Shown: positions 63,787-64,000 of the stretch, piece by piece
How the letters are laid out: the number at the start of each line of letters is the position of its first letter
Position numbering within the stretch: the stretch's first letter is position 1
DNA from: Candidatus Kaiserbacteria bacterium
GTDB taxonomy: Bacteria > Patescibacteriota > Minisyncoccia > Phycocordibacterales > UBA2100
Length of the DNA: 64,000 bases
Reading direction: 5' to 3'
Assembly: GCA_016867375.1 (NCBI GenBank)
Contig: VGJQ01000001.1
Span: 21,394-85,393 of the forward strand
Made by a program: the position numbers and the translations under genes
The notes under the pieces: generated by a model
The model's input: only the letters and a program-made list of their open reading frames with translations
The model's database searches: none
Told to the model about the DNA's origin: nothing

Positions 63787-64000
63787 TCATCGGGAGCCCA
63801 GTAGACGCAGAGCTTCGCGCAGGCGATCGTTGCTGTGGGTGATGTCTGGAGGGACCTTGCGCAGAGCGTCGCGCGCCTCTTGTGTGGAATAGCCGAGCGC
63901 CCGCAGCGCTTCGAGGGTGTCGACGTCGCCCGAAACGGTCTCGGATGACCCTTCGGTGGCAAGGCCCACCTTGTCTCGCAGTTCGAGGATGATCTTTTCG
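63787..64000 (-). CDS. ruvA: Holliday-junction DNA helicase RuvA, C-terminal part (gene continues beyond the window end)
   Basis: The reverse-strand reading frame stays open to the window edge. The C-terminal domain III pattern ALRALGYSTQEARDAL...REALRLL is present. Confidence 0.7.
   Translation of the reverse strand, partial: EKIILELRDKVGLATEGSSETVSGDVDTLEALRALGYSTQEARDALRKVPPDITHSNDRLREALRLLGSR

Noticed and set aside
1-64000. CRISPR arrays, rRNA genes, integrase/att sites
   Set aside because: No regularly spaced direct repeats, no rRNA-like sequence and no tyrosine or serine recombinase ORF were seen. The repeats present are dispersed palindromic or hairpin elements, not CRISPR arrays.

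Overview
This 64 kb window is a chromosomal segment from a gene-dense bacterium with a reduced-looking proteome. Many proteins are short and there are many hypothetical membrane or secreted proteins, which is compatible with a Patescibacteria/CPR-like or other streamlined lineage (inference only). It contains the replication-origin neighbourhood: jag-yidC-rnpA-rpmH on the minus strand, a roughly 600 bp repeat-rich intergenic region with DnaA boxes, then dnaA-dnaN on the plus strand. Housekeeping genes include tpiA, pgk, recJ, rnhA, sodA, a uvrD/pcrA-family helicase, ksgA, ponA (PBP1A), ruvC, ruvB, a partial ruvA, yebC, polA, holA, tsaE, a murE-like ligase and one tRNA-Lys(UUU). Competence and pilus genes are present: two GspE/PilB-family ATPases, pilC, a comEC N-terminal channel gene and a separate MBL-domain gene. 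The most distinctive content is a co-oriented block of about 14 kb (20171-34050) of hypothetical secreted and membrane proteins built around a VirB4-family ATPase, a VirB6/TrbL-like polytopic protein, a VirB3/PrgI-like protein and a candidate VirB2-like pilin. No VirD4, VirB11 or relaxase is visible, so it looks like a type IV secretion/DNA-translocation-like apparatus. Two inteins are present: a LAGLIDADG-containing intein splits the VirB4 P-loop, and a second intein lies in the UvrD helicase motif. Non-coding sequence is unusually rich in structured repeats: long-stem hairpin elements whose stems differ between copies while the loops are conserved, a roughly 40-90 nt TAAGGGCTCGTCC-hairpin REP-like family, a roughly 100 nt repeat pair, and in-frame palindromes in and around an IS200-like/REP-associated tyrosine transposase (RAYT-like) gene. 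A relBE-type toxin-antitoxin pair sits between pilB and pilC. A PaaX-like regulator gene is bracketed by two nearly identical 40 bp perfect palindromes that abut extended -10 promoters. No CRISPR array and no rRNA gene was seen.
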